A stretch of 63,820 nt of DNA, filler included, from Octopus bimaculoides (taxonomy: Eukaryota): NCBI RefSeq assembly GCF_001194135.2. It is 5 parts of 4 records of this genome, joined end to end, with 100 filler letters (N's around TTAATTAATTAA, not from the genome) between each part and the next. Parts side by side here need not be neighbours in the genome. Positions count along the whole stretch, not along the records: positions 32,105 to 57,739 come from NC_068989.1; positions 57,840 to 62,552 come from NC_069005.1; positions 62,653 to 63,820 come from NW_026345735.1; 2 more parts are not named here. One strand, 5' to 3'. Shown here in pieces: positions 49,891 to 63,069 of this stretch. The position numbers were made by a program, and so were the translations under genes. Position 1 is the first letter of the stretch. The number at the start of each line of letters is the position of its first letter. The notes beneath the pieces were generated by a model. That model did no database searches. It was not told the DNA's origin and saw nothing but the letters and a program-made list of their open reading frames with translations.

Positions 49891-51139
49891 CTTGATGTGT
49901 GTAAAATAAAGATGTCTATAAACTTTATAATATATATACAAATATTAGGTGTAATATTTTGTCATAGAGAAATTTGTCAGAAACAGAGCTCAGTCAGTAT
50001 GCTGCCAGCAGATCATCAGACACCAGCATTTTGACCTCATTTCATCTCCTCAGTGATGAGCAATCCTAGACATTCTCAAGTAAACTAAAAAAATATTTAT
50101 TCCTATATAGAAATCAGTAAGCAAAGCATTGACTGATTTGTGTTAAAGCTAGCCAAGCTAGAATAAAATTCATATAAACACTTGAAAGAGTATTGGACTA
50201 AAATAGTGTTTTCCAACCACTAGTATTGAGAGAAGTCTTTCCTTGAGAAATTGTAGTTCTTTTTATAAGTACTCAAAAAGAAAAAAATTCATTTGATAAT
50301 GCTTGAATAAAACATGTTCTTTGATCAGCAAAGAATACGATATTCCAAACATTAGCCAGTGTTGCCTACAATTGTTGTTTTGTGGATATGAGAAAAACCC
50401 CTGCATTTTTCAAGACGCAGGGATTAGGTTTTTTTTTTTATTAATGTTTGATAAAGGACTGAGGTATAGATGCACCTTCCTTTTTCTTACGACACTGCCG
50501 AGCATACATTTTCTTCACCAGATAATTCATATCATATCAGTAGCCCTTCTGTTTGATGTGCTGTAAAAACGATTTCCCTATTTCTCAATTTGATCTTTCT
50601 ATTCATTCCTTCACTTCTTGAAAAGCATAAGTGTGTGCATGTGTATGTGTGTGTGCATGCATGTATGTTATCTGTTGTTGTTGTTATCATTAATTAAGTT
50701 GTTCAAACTGTTCAAAATTATTATTTCCTGTCAAAAAAAATTTCATTATCTGTTTCTTGTAAAATAAATATAGTAAATATATTCAACTGTAGAACTAAAT
50801 TTATTTTTCTTTCTTTTTTTTTTTCTGTTTACTGTCTGTAAAAACATGTTTATTTTTGTTCAAATTCTTCATGGGAGGGGGAGGCTGGCACAGTCTGATG
50901 GCTGGAACCAATAAAAGAGTGAAAGAAATCAGAATATATTTCTCAATTAATGATTTCTAATAAGTCACAAGATCACAACCTTGAGGCAGAGGACGATGAA
51001 TTAAGTCAACCTTTAACTGGTTCTTCAGTTCTCAGAATGGTGAAGGTTTGAGTTGATCCCAATAGAATTTGAACACATAAAAATTTGTGCAAATTCCATT
51101 GGTCAAAGGTCCTTCCCACTATAGCTTCATAAAGCCAGT

Positions 51140-51335
51140 TTCCTGCCTTCTGCGGTGTATATATTCCACCCCTGGATAGGACGCCAGTCCATTGCAGGAT
51201 TACATTTTTGCCAGCTGAGTGGACTGGAGCAATGTGAAATGAAGTGTGTTGCTCAAGAACACAATGCATCGCTTGGTTCAGGAATTGAAACCACAATCTT
51301 AGTCATGTGTACAACACCCTAACCACTAAGCTACA
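51140..51335 (-). mobile_element. SINE family C variant with a different 3' module
   Basis: Head and central domain as at 33205, then CCTGCAATGGACTGGCGTCCTATCCAGGGG. Confidence 0.75.
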
Positions 51336-51444
51336 TCTCTCCTCAATGGAATTTGAACTGAAGGTATTAAGTAGGTACCAAATATTGAAATGGCATATCA
51401 TCTGGCATGCTGTCAATTCTGCTATTAACCATTTTAAAAGTAAT

Positions 51445-51655
51445 AATAATAATCCTTTCTACTAAAGCCACAAGGCCTGAAATTTTGGGGAAGGGGACTA
51501 GTCGATTGCATTGACCCCAAGGTTTCACTGATACTTCATTTTTTGACCCCGAAAAGATGAAAAGCAAAGCTGACCTCAGCAGAATTTGAACTCAGCACCT
51601 AAAGACAAATGAAATACCTCTAAGCATTTTGCCCAGTGTGCTAACAATTCTGCCA
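51445..51655 (-). mobile_element. SINE family B
   Basis: Box B and 3' end GGCCTTGTGGCTTTAGTAGAAAGGATTATT. Confidence 0.8.
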
Positions 51656-52544
51656 AATAATAAGATGGTTACTGAAAGCAAACCCTTGTACGAAGCACCT
51701 GTGAATAAACGGTTATTGAATTTATCCACCTGAGAACTTCATTCTTCGTATTTCCAGCTCCTTGAATCAACAGAATAATTATAATGGAAGAAGATACCCC
51801 AAAAGTATCATAAAAACCTTCCTTCCATTATAAGCTCCTCCATGAGAACGTACACCAATCCCCTAAGGAATAAAAAAAATCTAATTAAATACTACATGGC
51901 ATTTTGTCTGCCGCACCACTCAACACCTCAAATGTTGGTTACTGCATTTAGATCTTTCCACCAAATACTATACGCTTTCAGATTTTTATGACCAATATAT
52001 TTATATATATATAGCACATAACATTTATGAATAAATAAAGAAAGCTGCATTTTAGTTGTCCAGTTATGTAACCTAAATAGATCAGCTACAACCCTAGAAA
52101 TGTCATCAACCTTCTTATAAGTTAAGCAATGATGTTTGGAGATGCAAATGGACATGAATAAAAATAATGAAGATGGAAGACAAGAAGAATAGCTCCAGTA
52201 TCGAAATTGTTTCATAATGCTAATAGGGATAACTAGATTATGCTAAATCCAAAGAAATATTCAGTATAAAAGAACAGCAGTAAGGAACATAACACGGTTA
52301 ATGATAATAGCAAAACAACGGTTTACTGGTATAAATTCATACAGTATACTACTTGGAAAAATATGATTAACACCAAAATATATGGTAATTCTTCCACTGA
52401 ATATATTGTCCATTATTGTCGTATAAAGAATGTAGAGAATGGCTGTCTGGAAATGGACAGAACATTTCGAGAATGAAAGTTCAAATATGTTCTTCATAAA
52501 TGATTTTTGTTTATTAGCGATAGTTATAAGCGCAGATGTGGCCA

Positions 52545-52690
52545 TGGGCATAAGTGTGGCTGAATGGGTAAGGAGTTTTGGGTTCAGTCCCACTGTGAGG
52601 CATCTGGACATGGGTCTTGTACTATATAGCACCGAGCCAAGCTAGTAAGCAAATTTACTTGGTGGAAATTGTGCGGAAGCTCTCATATAA
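52545..52690 (+). mobile_element. SINE family A head only
   Basis: GGGTTCAGTCCCACTG...CTATATAGC. Confidence 0.65.
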
Positions 52691-52715
52691 GTATATGTCT
52701 GTGTGTGTGTGTGTG

Positions 52716-53175
52716 CATACAAGGGGGTACCCAAAAGAAACTGGAATTTTACAATATTATTTTATTCTCTTAGTTTCACATGTTTACACTTCTATCACCT
52801 TCAAAATATTCTCAATTTGAAGCAATACATTGGCCCAGGCGCGTTTCCCACAATTCAGAGCAGTGCTGGGATTCTTGCAAAGTGACACCTTTTAATACCA
52901 CCTTCATTTTACTTTTATTCGTCACGTCTTCCACATCTGCAAATTCCACAGCACCAGCTTTCGACACCAATGATAACCTTTGAAAAAAGATCCAGATAAA
53001 TTTCCGACTGTTCTTTCAGTTCACGACATGCATTCAATCATGACTGCTTTTGATCTTCTGTGAGTAAGCAAAGTACAAGGTTTGCTGCAGCTCTTTTCAT
53101 TTGCTATTCCTCACTCAAAATTCTTTGGCAGGAGTTCCAGGACACACCAGTCATATCAACAAGTTTGTCAATTAT
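52716..53175 (-). mobile_element. Internally deleted mariner element
   Basis: LVDMTGVSWNSCQRILSEE, DQKQS*LNACRELKEQ, KVIIGVESW joined directly to C-terminal FADVE..LKGVTLQE..CIASN*EYFEGD; TIR-like TACAAGGGGGTACCCAAAA. Confidence 0.8.
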
Positions 53176-53243
53176 TCAGTGACAGCACTCCAAGATCAGT
53201 TCATGGTGGGACAACAAAAACATGCACACATAAATATATACAC

Positions 53244-53285
<42 letters not shown>

Positions 53286-53344
53286 TAACAGGAAGTATAG
53301 TAAACGTCACTTGCCCAAGGTGTTATTAATTCTATTTCTTTATT

Positions 53345-53560
53345 GCCCACAGGGGTCTAAACATAGAGGGGACAGACAAGGACAGAGAAAGGGATTAAGA
53401 TGATTACATCAACCCCAATGCATAACTGGTACTTATTTAATCGACCCTGAAAGGATGAAAATGAAAGTCGACCTTGGCGGAGTTTGAACTCAGAACATAA
53501 CGGCAGACGAAATACCACCAAGCATTTCACCCCGAGTGCAAACGATTCTGCCAGCTCGTC
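53345..53560 (-). mobile_element. SINE family B
   Basis: GTTTGAACTCAGAAC...CGATTCTGCCAGCTC. Confidence 0.8.
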
Positions 53561-54424
53561 GGCCAGTTGGCTGTGAACCATGGAACCATGGTTGTGTGGT
53601 GATGAAGTGAGGTTCTTAACCACACGGCCATGCCTGAATCCATATCAAACATTTCATTCAATCTGGTCCATCCTATAATCGTATTGCTCTGGAAGTCTCT
53701 CTTTCGACATTGTTTGCTCTTCACAACTGAATTCTAGAATTTCAAACTAAGAATCAGCTTTGGTAATCGCATTGGATCATCCCTGGCAGTCACAGTTGCT
53801 GCGGATATTGCCTTTCTTCTTCAAGCTAGCTTATAGCCCCCACACACACACATACCCACATACACACTCATGCATACACAACATAAAGAAACACCCACAT
53901 AACTATCCATATACACATACATGCATATAAATATATATATATATGTGTGTGTGCATATATGTATGTATGTATATATGTGTGTGTATGAATAAATATATAT
54001 GTATATATATATGTACATATATATGTGTATACATATGTATATAAGTATATATGTATATATGTACATATATACATGTATACATATGTATATGTATATATAA
54101 ATATATATGTATATATATGTTTATATATGTGTATATATATATGTGTGTGTGTGTATGTATGCATGAATAATGTTCTGCGTGGGCTTATATACATTAGCTT
54201 AGTAGTTTAGACAGCAAATATCAAACTAGTGTATACAAGACGCATTAATAGTCCCAAATGTATTGAGTGCTTTCAATTACCGAACCTATCAACAAACAAC
54301 AATGTATGTATATAAATACATACATACATATGTGTGTGTGTGTGTGTGTGTATGAAAATACATACATACATACATGCATATACATGCATAATATACATAT
54401 AAATATATATTTATGTATGAGAGT

Positions 54425-54487
<63 letters not shown>

Positions 54488-55342
54488 NNNNNNNNNNNNN
54501 NNNNNNNNNNNNNNNNNNNNNNNNNNNNNNNNNNNNNNNNNNNNNNNNNNNNNNNNNNNNNNNNNNNNNNNNNNNNNNNNNNNNNNNNNNNNNNNNNNNN
54601 NNNNNNNNNNNNNNNNNNNNNNNNNNNNNNNNNNNNNNNNNNNNNNNNNNNNNNNNNNNNNNNNNNNNNNNNNNNNNNNNNNNNNNNNNNNNNNNNNNNN
54701 NNNNNNNNNNNNNNNNNNNNNNNNNNNNNNNNNNNNNNNNNNNNNNNNNNNNNNNNNNNNNNNNNNNNNNNNNNNNNNNNNNNNNNNNNNNNNNNNNNNN
54801 NNNNNNNNNNNNNNNNNNNNNNNNNNNNNNNNNNNNNNNNNNNNNNNNNNNNNNNNNNNNNNNNNNNNNNNNNNNNNNNNNNNNNNNNNNNNNNNNNNNN
54901 NNNNNNNNNNNNNNNNNNNNNNNNNNNNNNNNNNNNNNNNNNNNNNNNNNNNNNNNNNNNNNNNNNNNNNNNNNNNNNNNNNNNNNNNNNNNNNNNNNNN
55001 NNNNNNNNNNNNNNNNNNNNNNNNNNNNNNNNNNNNNNNNNNNNNNNNNNNNNNNNNNNNNNNNNNNNNNNNNNNNNNNNNNNNNNNNNNNNNNNNNNNN
55101 NNNNNNNNNNNNNNNNNNNNNNNNNNNNNNNNNNNNNNNNNNNNNNNNNNNNNNNNNNNNNNNNNNNNNNNNNNNNNNNNNNNNNNNNAAACGATGATGA
55201 TGATGATGATGATATATATTCTTTTACATTATTCTTTGTAAACCTGATACTCATTCTATCAGTCTATTTTGCCAAACTGCTAAGTTACAGGGATGTAAAC
55301 ACATCAACATTAGTTGTTAAGCGATGGTGGGGAGACAAGCAC

Positions 55343-55433
<91 letters not shown>

Positions 55434-55481
55434 GATATATTATATTCAGCTATATATATGTATATATGTATGTGTGCATAC

Positions 55482-55512
<31 letters not shown>

Positions 55513-56084
55513 ATACACACATGTGAGTGTGTGTGTATGTGTATGTGTGTGTGTGTGTGCTCCTGTGTATGTGTGTATGTGATGGGGGTAGGCTTTGAGA
55601 GCTTTCATTTGTTCCATTAGTTTAAACAAACTTTTACTCTTTCACACATCAACGAAGAAGAAAACCTTCTTGAAGATTGTTAAAGATCGGTGCCACTTGT
55701 ATTATTGTCGGTGTCGGTTTGTAGAGAGAACAACAAAATTTCTATATATCTCAATAGACCAGAATTTCTCATTCTGATAATGGCCTATGTTCATCTCAGT
55801 CTTGTTCGATATCTGTTGCAATTGAACATTGAAACTGTAATAATCAGACAAACAACAGCATCGGCATCATCATCATTATCATTCGCATCATCGGTATCAG
55901 CATCTGCTGCTGCTGATGCTGCTGCCGCCGCTATTGCAGCTGCAGCTGCGACCAAAGGCGATATTAATTTCTTTTCCTATTGATTTTGTTTCTTTTTAGA
56001 TTCCTGTTCTCTGTGAAGTCTCACACCCTGACTTGGGAAATATATTATGTGGAAAATATCCTTCTAGCCTATAAAGCTTTCGTT

Positions 56085-56198
56085 TTTGTCATCATCATCA
56101 TCATAACCATCATCAGTGTCATCATTATCATCATCATCACCATCATCAATATCATCATCACTATCATTATCATCATCATCATCATCACCACCACCATT

Positions 56199-56256
<58 letters not shown>

Positions 56257-56260
56257 CCTT
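56085..56260. repeat. (CAT)n degenerate trinucleotide tract
   Basis: CAT/CAC/TAT run. Confidence 0.9.
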
Positions 56261-56407
56261 CATAGTCACTATCATTAGTCATTAGTCATCAACACAGTCA
56301 TCATCTTCCTCATTGTCTTCATCGTCATTATGAAGTGTGTGTGTGTTTGTGAATAAATGGAAAAGCCACATGTGTGTATATATACATACATACATTAATG
56401 CATTACA

Positions 56408-56463
<56 letters not shown>

Positions 56464-56982
56464 TATATACATAACACATTTATATATACACACAACATAT
56501 ATATATATATATATATATATGCNNNNNNNNNNNNNNNNNNNNNNNNNNNNNNNNNNNNNNNNNNNNNNNNNNNNNNNNNNNNNNNNNNNNNNNNNNNNNN
56601 NNNNNNNNNNNNNNNNNNNNNNNNNNNNNNNNNNNNNNNNNNNNNNNNNNNNNNNNNNNNNNNNNNNNNNNNNNNNNNNNNNNNNNNNNNNNNNNNNNNN
56701 NNNNNNNNNNNNNNNNNNNNNNNNNNNNNNNNNNNNNNNNNNNNNNNNNNNNNNNNNNNNNNNNNNNNNNNNNNNNNNNNNNNNNNNNNNNNNNNNNNNN
56801 NNNNNNNNNNNNNNNNNNNNNNNNNNNNNNNNNNNNNNNNNNNNNNNNNNNNNNNNNNNNNNNNNNNNNNNNNNNNNNNNNNNNNNNNNNNNNNNNNNNN
56901 NNNNNNNNNNNNNNNNNNNNNNNNNNNNNNNNNNNNNNNNNNNNNNNNNNNNNNNNNNNNNNNNNNNNNNNNNNNNNNNNNN

Positions 56983-57032
<50 letters not shown>

Positions 57033-57439
57033 TCTTAGACATGCACATATCTATATGCATAAACATACACACAGACACACACATGCAGATGTGCAAATTC
57101 AAATAACATACATAGACATACTTCCGCTCATTATTGGAAATGTATACGTTCACATTATTAACATAAACACACACATAAACAGGTTTACATGTACAGACAT
57201 ATGCATACACACAGACATTATTGATTAAAGTGTGTGTGTGTGTGTGTGAGTGAAATTTTGTGATGTATGTGTCTGCAGAGCTGTTCAGTACAAACTGCAG
57301 TAATGACATCCCTAAAGTGGCATTAGAAGTTCTCTTTCCCCCACAACCCTGCCCACTAAGGAGACACCTAATGCCTACATCAGGATTTCATCATCAGACA
57401 GTTGCAACGATCTTCTCGTAACTTATTCCGCATTCAGAC

Positions 57440-57620
57440 AAAGGCATGGCTGTGGGATTAAGAAGCTTGCTTTGCAGCCAACTTGGTTTTAGGGTCGGTT
57501 TCATTGCGCAGTACCTTGGACAAGCGTCTTCTATTATATCAGTCCCAAGCTGGCCAATGCCTTGTGAGTGAATCTGGTAGACAGAAACTATGTGGAAGCC
57601 TGTTGTATCTGTGTGTGTGT
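57440..57620 (+). mobile_element. SINE family A head
   Basis: GGCATGGCTGTGGGATTAAGAAGCTTGC...GGTAGACAGAAAC. Confidence 0.7.
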
Positions 57621-57739
57621 GTGTGTGTCCCACCCAATCAGCATGGAAGACAGACATTAAGCAATGATGGCTATAATATATATAAATATATGTGTGTATG
57701 TGTATATATATATCTATCTATATATATATATATATATAT

Positions 57740-57839
57740 NNNNNNNNNNNNNNNNNNNNNNNNNNNNNNNNNNNNNNNNNNNNTTAATTAATTAANNNNN
57801 NNNNNNNNNNNNNNNNNNNNNNNNNNNNNNNNNNNNNNN
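57740..57839. other. Artificial 100-bp scaffold spacer
   Basis: 44N-TTAATTAATTAA-44N. Confidence 0.9.
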
Positions 57840-57891
57840 ATCTATGTGTGTATGTATGCGGACATAACTATCTATCTATCTATATAATACC

Positions 57892-57969
<78 letters not shown>

Positions 57970-58043
57970 ATGTATACATATATATACATGTACCTGTAAT
58001 GTGTGTAGGCAAATATCCATACACAATTTTGGATATATTTACA

Positions 58044-58430
58044 GGCGTATCTGTGTGGTAGGGAGCTTGCTTCCGAACCACATGGTTCCAGGATCCATCC
58101 CACTCTGTAGCACCTTTGGCAAGCGTCTTCTGCTATAGCTTCGGACCGTCCTAACACTTGTGAGTGGATTTGGAGGACGAAAACTGAATAAAGCCCGTTG
58201 TATATATACATATATGTTTATATTTGTGTATATGTGTGTATGTAGCCCAACCATCATTTGACAACCGGTATTCTTGTGTTTACGTCCACGTAACATAGCG
58301 GTTCGACAAAAGAAACTGACAGAATAAGTATTAGGCTTGCATAGAATAAGTCCTGGAGTCGTTTTCTTCGACTAAAGGCAGTGCTCCAGCATGACCGTTG
58401 CCAAATGACTGAATCAAATAAAAGAATTAA
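58044..58430 (+). mobile_element. SINE family A, full length and diverged
   Basis: All modules present. Confidence 0.8.
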
Positions 58431-58445
58431 ATATTAAGAGGTTAT

Positions 58446-58498
<53 letters not shown>

Positions 58499-59129
58499 TA
58501 TATACATATATATATGATATATACATATATATATATANNNNNNNNNNNNNNNNNNNNNNNNNNNNNNNNNNNNNNNNNNNNNNNNNNNNNNNNNNNNNNN
58601 NNNNNNNNNNNNNNNNNNNNNNNNNNNNNNNNNNNNNNNNNNNNNNNNNNNNNNNNNNNNNNNNNNNNNNNNNNNNNNNNNNNNNNNNNNNNNNNNNNNN
58701 NNNNNNNNNNNNNNNNNNNNNNNNNNNNNNNNNNNNNNNNNNNNNNNNNNNNNNNNNNNNNNNNNNNNNNNNNNNNNNNNNNNNNNNNNNNNNNNNNNNN
58801 NNNNNNNNNNNNNNNNNNNNNNNNNNNNNNNNNNNNNNNNNNNNNNNNNNNNNNNNNNNNNNNNNNNNNNNNNNNNNNNNNNNNNNNNNNNNNNNNNNNN
58901 NNNNNNNNNNNNNNNNNNNNNNNNNNNNNNNNNNNNNNNNNNNNNNNNNNNNNNNNNNNNNNNNNNNNNNNNNNNNNNNNNNNNNNNNNNNNNNNNNNNN
59001 NNNNNNNNNNNNNNNNNNNNNNNNNNNNNNNNNNNNNNNNNNNNNNNNNNNNNNNNNNNNNNNNNNNNNNNNNNNNNNNNNNNNNNNNNNNNNNNNNNNN
59101 NNNNNNNNNNNNNNNNNNNNNNATATATA

Positions 59130-59510
59130 TATTTATATATAAGGACTACCATGAAGTCACTTGGAATGAACTCAAAAACCATAGAAACCCATATTTCTGA
59201 TCGAACTGGATGGCGAACAAAAGTGTGGAGTGGAGTGAAAGGTTATGAGGAGGCCAGGATGACACATGCAAGACACAAGCGATATTTAAAGAAGAGTGTT
59301 GTGATCGAGAAGTTGAATCTCAGTGACCTTTTTGTGTGCATAGATTGTGACAGACCATGTCTTTCTTTCGCTGACCCATGAAAAACGAACCTCCACCAAC
59401 TACTCTGCCTATATATCTGTGCACACGTTTCAATGCTGTGTATACCACAAGGACTGCAAATCTAACGAAGGCCTCAAAAGACATTTTTAAGATACACAAA
59501 GATCATAACT
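59130..59510 (+). mobile_element. RTE-clade LINE 3' end with two C2H2-like fingers
   Basis: DRTGWRTKVWSGVKGYEEARM, FVCIDCDRPCLSFA, FQCCVYHKDCKSNEGLKRHFKIH. Confidence 0.7.
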
Positions 59511-59588
59511 TAACTGCAACACCGTCTAGACATAATTCTAAAGAGCACCAGCTATGCTGAAATTAGGCGTCAAAAATACTCCGAAGCC

Positions 59589-60092
59589 ACAAGAATTAAC
59601 ACTAAATTTTTCCATGCATCGTTGGAGAGACACCAAGTGAATAAGGTTAGCATCTTACCTCTGCAAATTTGTAGTGTCTTCGGAGTATTTTTCACTTCTA
59701 CCTTTAGCAAAGCTGGCGCTTTTTATAGCCCTTTCTATATATAATTCTTATATATACATATTATTGCGGCCACTAACATTGTTATCTCCTAGGAGTAATA
59801 ATGTTCTTTATACATTTGTATATTTATATATTTATATAGTAATTCCCTTAGTTCATTGTCTCAATGCGGCGGGGGCCCTGAAACGAATACAGGCATTGAC
59901 TGAAGTGAAATATAGGTATTGCTATGAGTAAACTTGGCTGAAGAGAGTCAAGTGCTTTTGGCGCTAAGTTTCGAAATAATGATACCAGGTTAACTGACAT
60001 TCCTTCTTGCAATTTTGCAGAGGGAAGATGCAATCTTTATTCACTTAGTTTGTTTCCAACCATGCTTGTAAAGCTTTAGTGTTAATTCTTGT
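59589..60092. mobile_element. MITE-like element with 83-bp terminal inverted repeats
   Basis: 59589-59671 vs 60010-60092: 69/83 ungapped reverse-complement matches; right end CTTG|TA. Confidence 0.6.
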
Positions 60093-60118
60093 ATTTAAAA
60101 TCCATATAATGAAATACC

Positions 60119-60219
60119 AGTCCTGCAGCCGTTTCCATCTCCAATTAGTTCAATTACAGAAATTAAATTAATTTAATTTCTGTACGTGAACCAATTGGAT
60201 ATGGAACGGCTGTAGAACT
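60119..60219. repeat. About 100-bp near-perfect hairpin
   Basis: Perfect 30-bp palindrome at 60155-60184; arms extend to about 47 bp with about 6 differences. Confidence 0.85.
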
Positions 60220-60300
60220 TGAATTTCTTTATATGGATTTGAATATCTTTAAATAAATTGATGTCTGCTTGTTAATTTCTCCTTTTTCTTCTTTTTCTCA

Positions 60301-60342
<42 letters not shown>

Positions 60343-60372
60343 NNNNNNNNNNCCTTTTTCTTCTTTTTCTCA

Positions 60373-60411
<39 letters not shown>

Positions 60412-61971
60412 GTATGTATGTATATATATATATATGTGTGTGGGTGTGTGTATGCACGCACAACGTAAGCGAAAGCATGAGAAATGTTAATAGGGTGGGA
60501 TGAAGGGGAAATAGGTAGATAGGCAGATATATTGCAAATGTTATACATTCATACATGTCTGTTTGATATAAATTATACACTGCAGACTTATATAACATTT
60601 TCTAAAACCCACTCTGACTATTCTCTTTCAAATTGATTATTTCATATATCATAAATGAGTATATAGAAGTGGTCTTCTCCTTATACTTTCTATATCACAT
60701 ATGAAACTAGATGTTAGGAAATCATTTTAATGCTTTACCAAAGTCAATACGGCTTTTTTTATTACTTTATCTTTTATTCTGTCAATAACGGATATATATG
60801 TATGCATATATATGTGTGTTTGTGTGCGTGTGTGTGTGTCTGTGTGCGTGTGTGTATGTGTATGTGTGTGTGTATGTATGTGTGTGTGTGGGGGGGGGTG
60901 TTAAAATACATTAAAATATTTGCGGAGGAAATCTCATAAAATACATTTAATATTTTTAGCAGAAACCTCTGCTAGCGATATATTTGCATAATAGTTGTAT
61001 TTTTTATTAATATTCAAGCTACGCCATTATCATTATTATTATTATTATTAGTAGTAGTAGTAGTAGTAGTAGTAGTATTGTTGTTGTTATTATTATGATC
61101 ATCATCATCATCATTATTATTATTATTATTACTATTTGTATCTGGACCAAGAGGTCCAGATACAAATGCTCGTGGTTCATAAGGTTTCTTTAAAATTTGT
61201 TATGTTATTAGATAGTTTTTCAAATTTTGTTGAATTGTTAACCGGATAACAAGACTTGCTGCAAGTGGGGCGAGCTGGTTTGGCAAGAATTAGCTCTTTT
61301 GGGCGAATTTTGAGAGTTTAACTTGTAAATTATATATTTTAAAACAAAAATTTCAGTATGGCCTCTCATCTTTGAGGAAGGTGAAATCTGTTGGAACAGC
61401 CACCATGATATTGTTTTCCCACCATTAGATGACGTGGTAAAGAAACGAAGCACATACAGCAGCAACAGGAACGACAGCAGCAACATCAACAACAGCAGCA
61501 GCAACAACAACGACAAAAACAACAACAGCGACACCAACAGAAGTAGCAGCAGTGAAGAGTAAGATATACTGGAAAAGGATGCATGCACCACTTCCACCAC
61601 TATTTCCAACATCAACATCATTACCACTGCCACCACCAACACAAATATTAATAAAACGAAAACAGTGGCCATTCTTTTTTCTAAGCAGAATGGGATGGCT
61701 TCGGGCACGCGTTGCAAGGCCAGATCAAAAAATACCTCAGAACATTCTAGGGTTTTAAAAGCTTATGTCGCCCTTGAGGTAAGATTCTCAATTGAAAAAT
61801 TATCCAAAGAAAGTGCAACGAAAAATCTGAAAAAGTGAAAAATTATGACTAATTTGGACATACCTCGTTCGGAGGTTTCTCAAAACAAAGGTAGCGGGAG
61901 TTCCCCCGGAAGTGGACCTGTCTTTGCAAGCAGCAGCCGTACTATAAGGCATAGACAACCAAACAAAATTT

Positions 61972-62552
61972 GGGCGTTGTCGTGCGGCAGAAGAACTCCA
62001 TACTGCCGATTAGCTCTTTTCTCTTGAATAGCCGTGTTGAGTCGTTCCATCTGTTGAACATAGAGTTCCACGTTGACCGTTTGGTTCCGTTCAAGCAATT
62101 CGTAATGGATAATCCCTTCCCAGTCCCACCATACGCACAATATCATTTTACGCGTGGTGTCGTTTGTTTACCGGGCTAAGCCATTCCTTACGCTGCTTCA
62201 TATTAATGTACAGACACCATATTTCGTCAAAAGTAACTATTCGGTAGAGAAATCGTTACTTGTGTCCATGAGTTGAGCAGTGACGGGCAAGCAAACCAGC
62301 GGAGATTGTGGCTCGTTGATTTTTGTTGTTGTCACTTAAAGCATGTGGAACCCATGCTCCATACTTCTGAACCTTTCCCATCGAGTGAAGATGCTTCTCT
62401 ATAGCATTGTGGGAGAATTCCATTTTCTCTGCAAAAATTGGTTTAATCGCTCTTTATCGAACTCAACTGGACGGCCAGAACGAAGTGCGTTTTTGAGGTC
62501 ACAATTTCCATTTTTTAACTTGACATACCAATCACGAGCGGCTCTTTCAGCT
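61972..62552 (-). mobile_element. Mariner (Mos1-like) transposase fragment, truncated at both ends
   Basis: RSGRP, WVPHAL, IVTFDEIW, CVWWDWEGIIHYELL, LLPHDNA. Confidence 0.9.
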
Positions 62553-62652
62553 NNNNNNNNNNNNNNNNNNNNNNNNNNNNNNNNNNNNNNNNNNNNTTAA
62601 TTAATTAANNNNNNNNNNNNNNNNNNNNNNNNNNNNNNNNNNNNNNNNNNNN
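62553..62652. other. Artificial 100-bp scaffold spacer
   Basis: 44N-TTAATTAATTAA-44N. Confidence 0.9.
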
Positions 62653-63069
62653 ATATATATATAATCGTTATCTTCCACTTGTAATTAGCAATAAAAGATT
62701 GAGAGGAAATAAAATAAAGAATAGGCAAGAAAAACACGAATAAAAAAATAATATGATATACTAACGTAAGTGGAATAGGGAGAATAAATCGGAGAAAGAA
62801 TAAACCCTTGTCCGATCTTGGGATTAAATTCTTTACGGCATTCTATACGTCAAACATTTTTGCATTTTAAACCCGTACCTTATATCTCTTCTGTCAACTG
62901 TTTACGTAGCAATAATCATATTCCATTGAAAGTTTTCTGACACATCTTTAGTTTCTTATTGTGACTCAGTATCAGGATTGTTGTATAACCTACCATGACT
63001 CATTTACGATAACGTGAGCTACATTAGATTATTGACTTTGTTTTGATTTGCTCTTCGGAATATTTTCAC

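Noticed and set aside
51700-52500. Minus-strand exon candidates (GIGVRSHGGAYNGRK; SHSLHSLYDNNGQYIQWKNY)
   Set aside because: Good acceptors, but weak donors or early stops and no family I recognise.
52780-52983. Plus-strand ORFs resembling a THAP or host exon
   Set aside because: Better explained as the antisense of the mariner transposase C-terminus.
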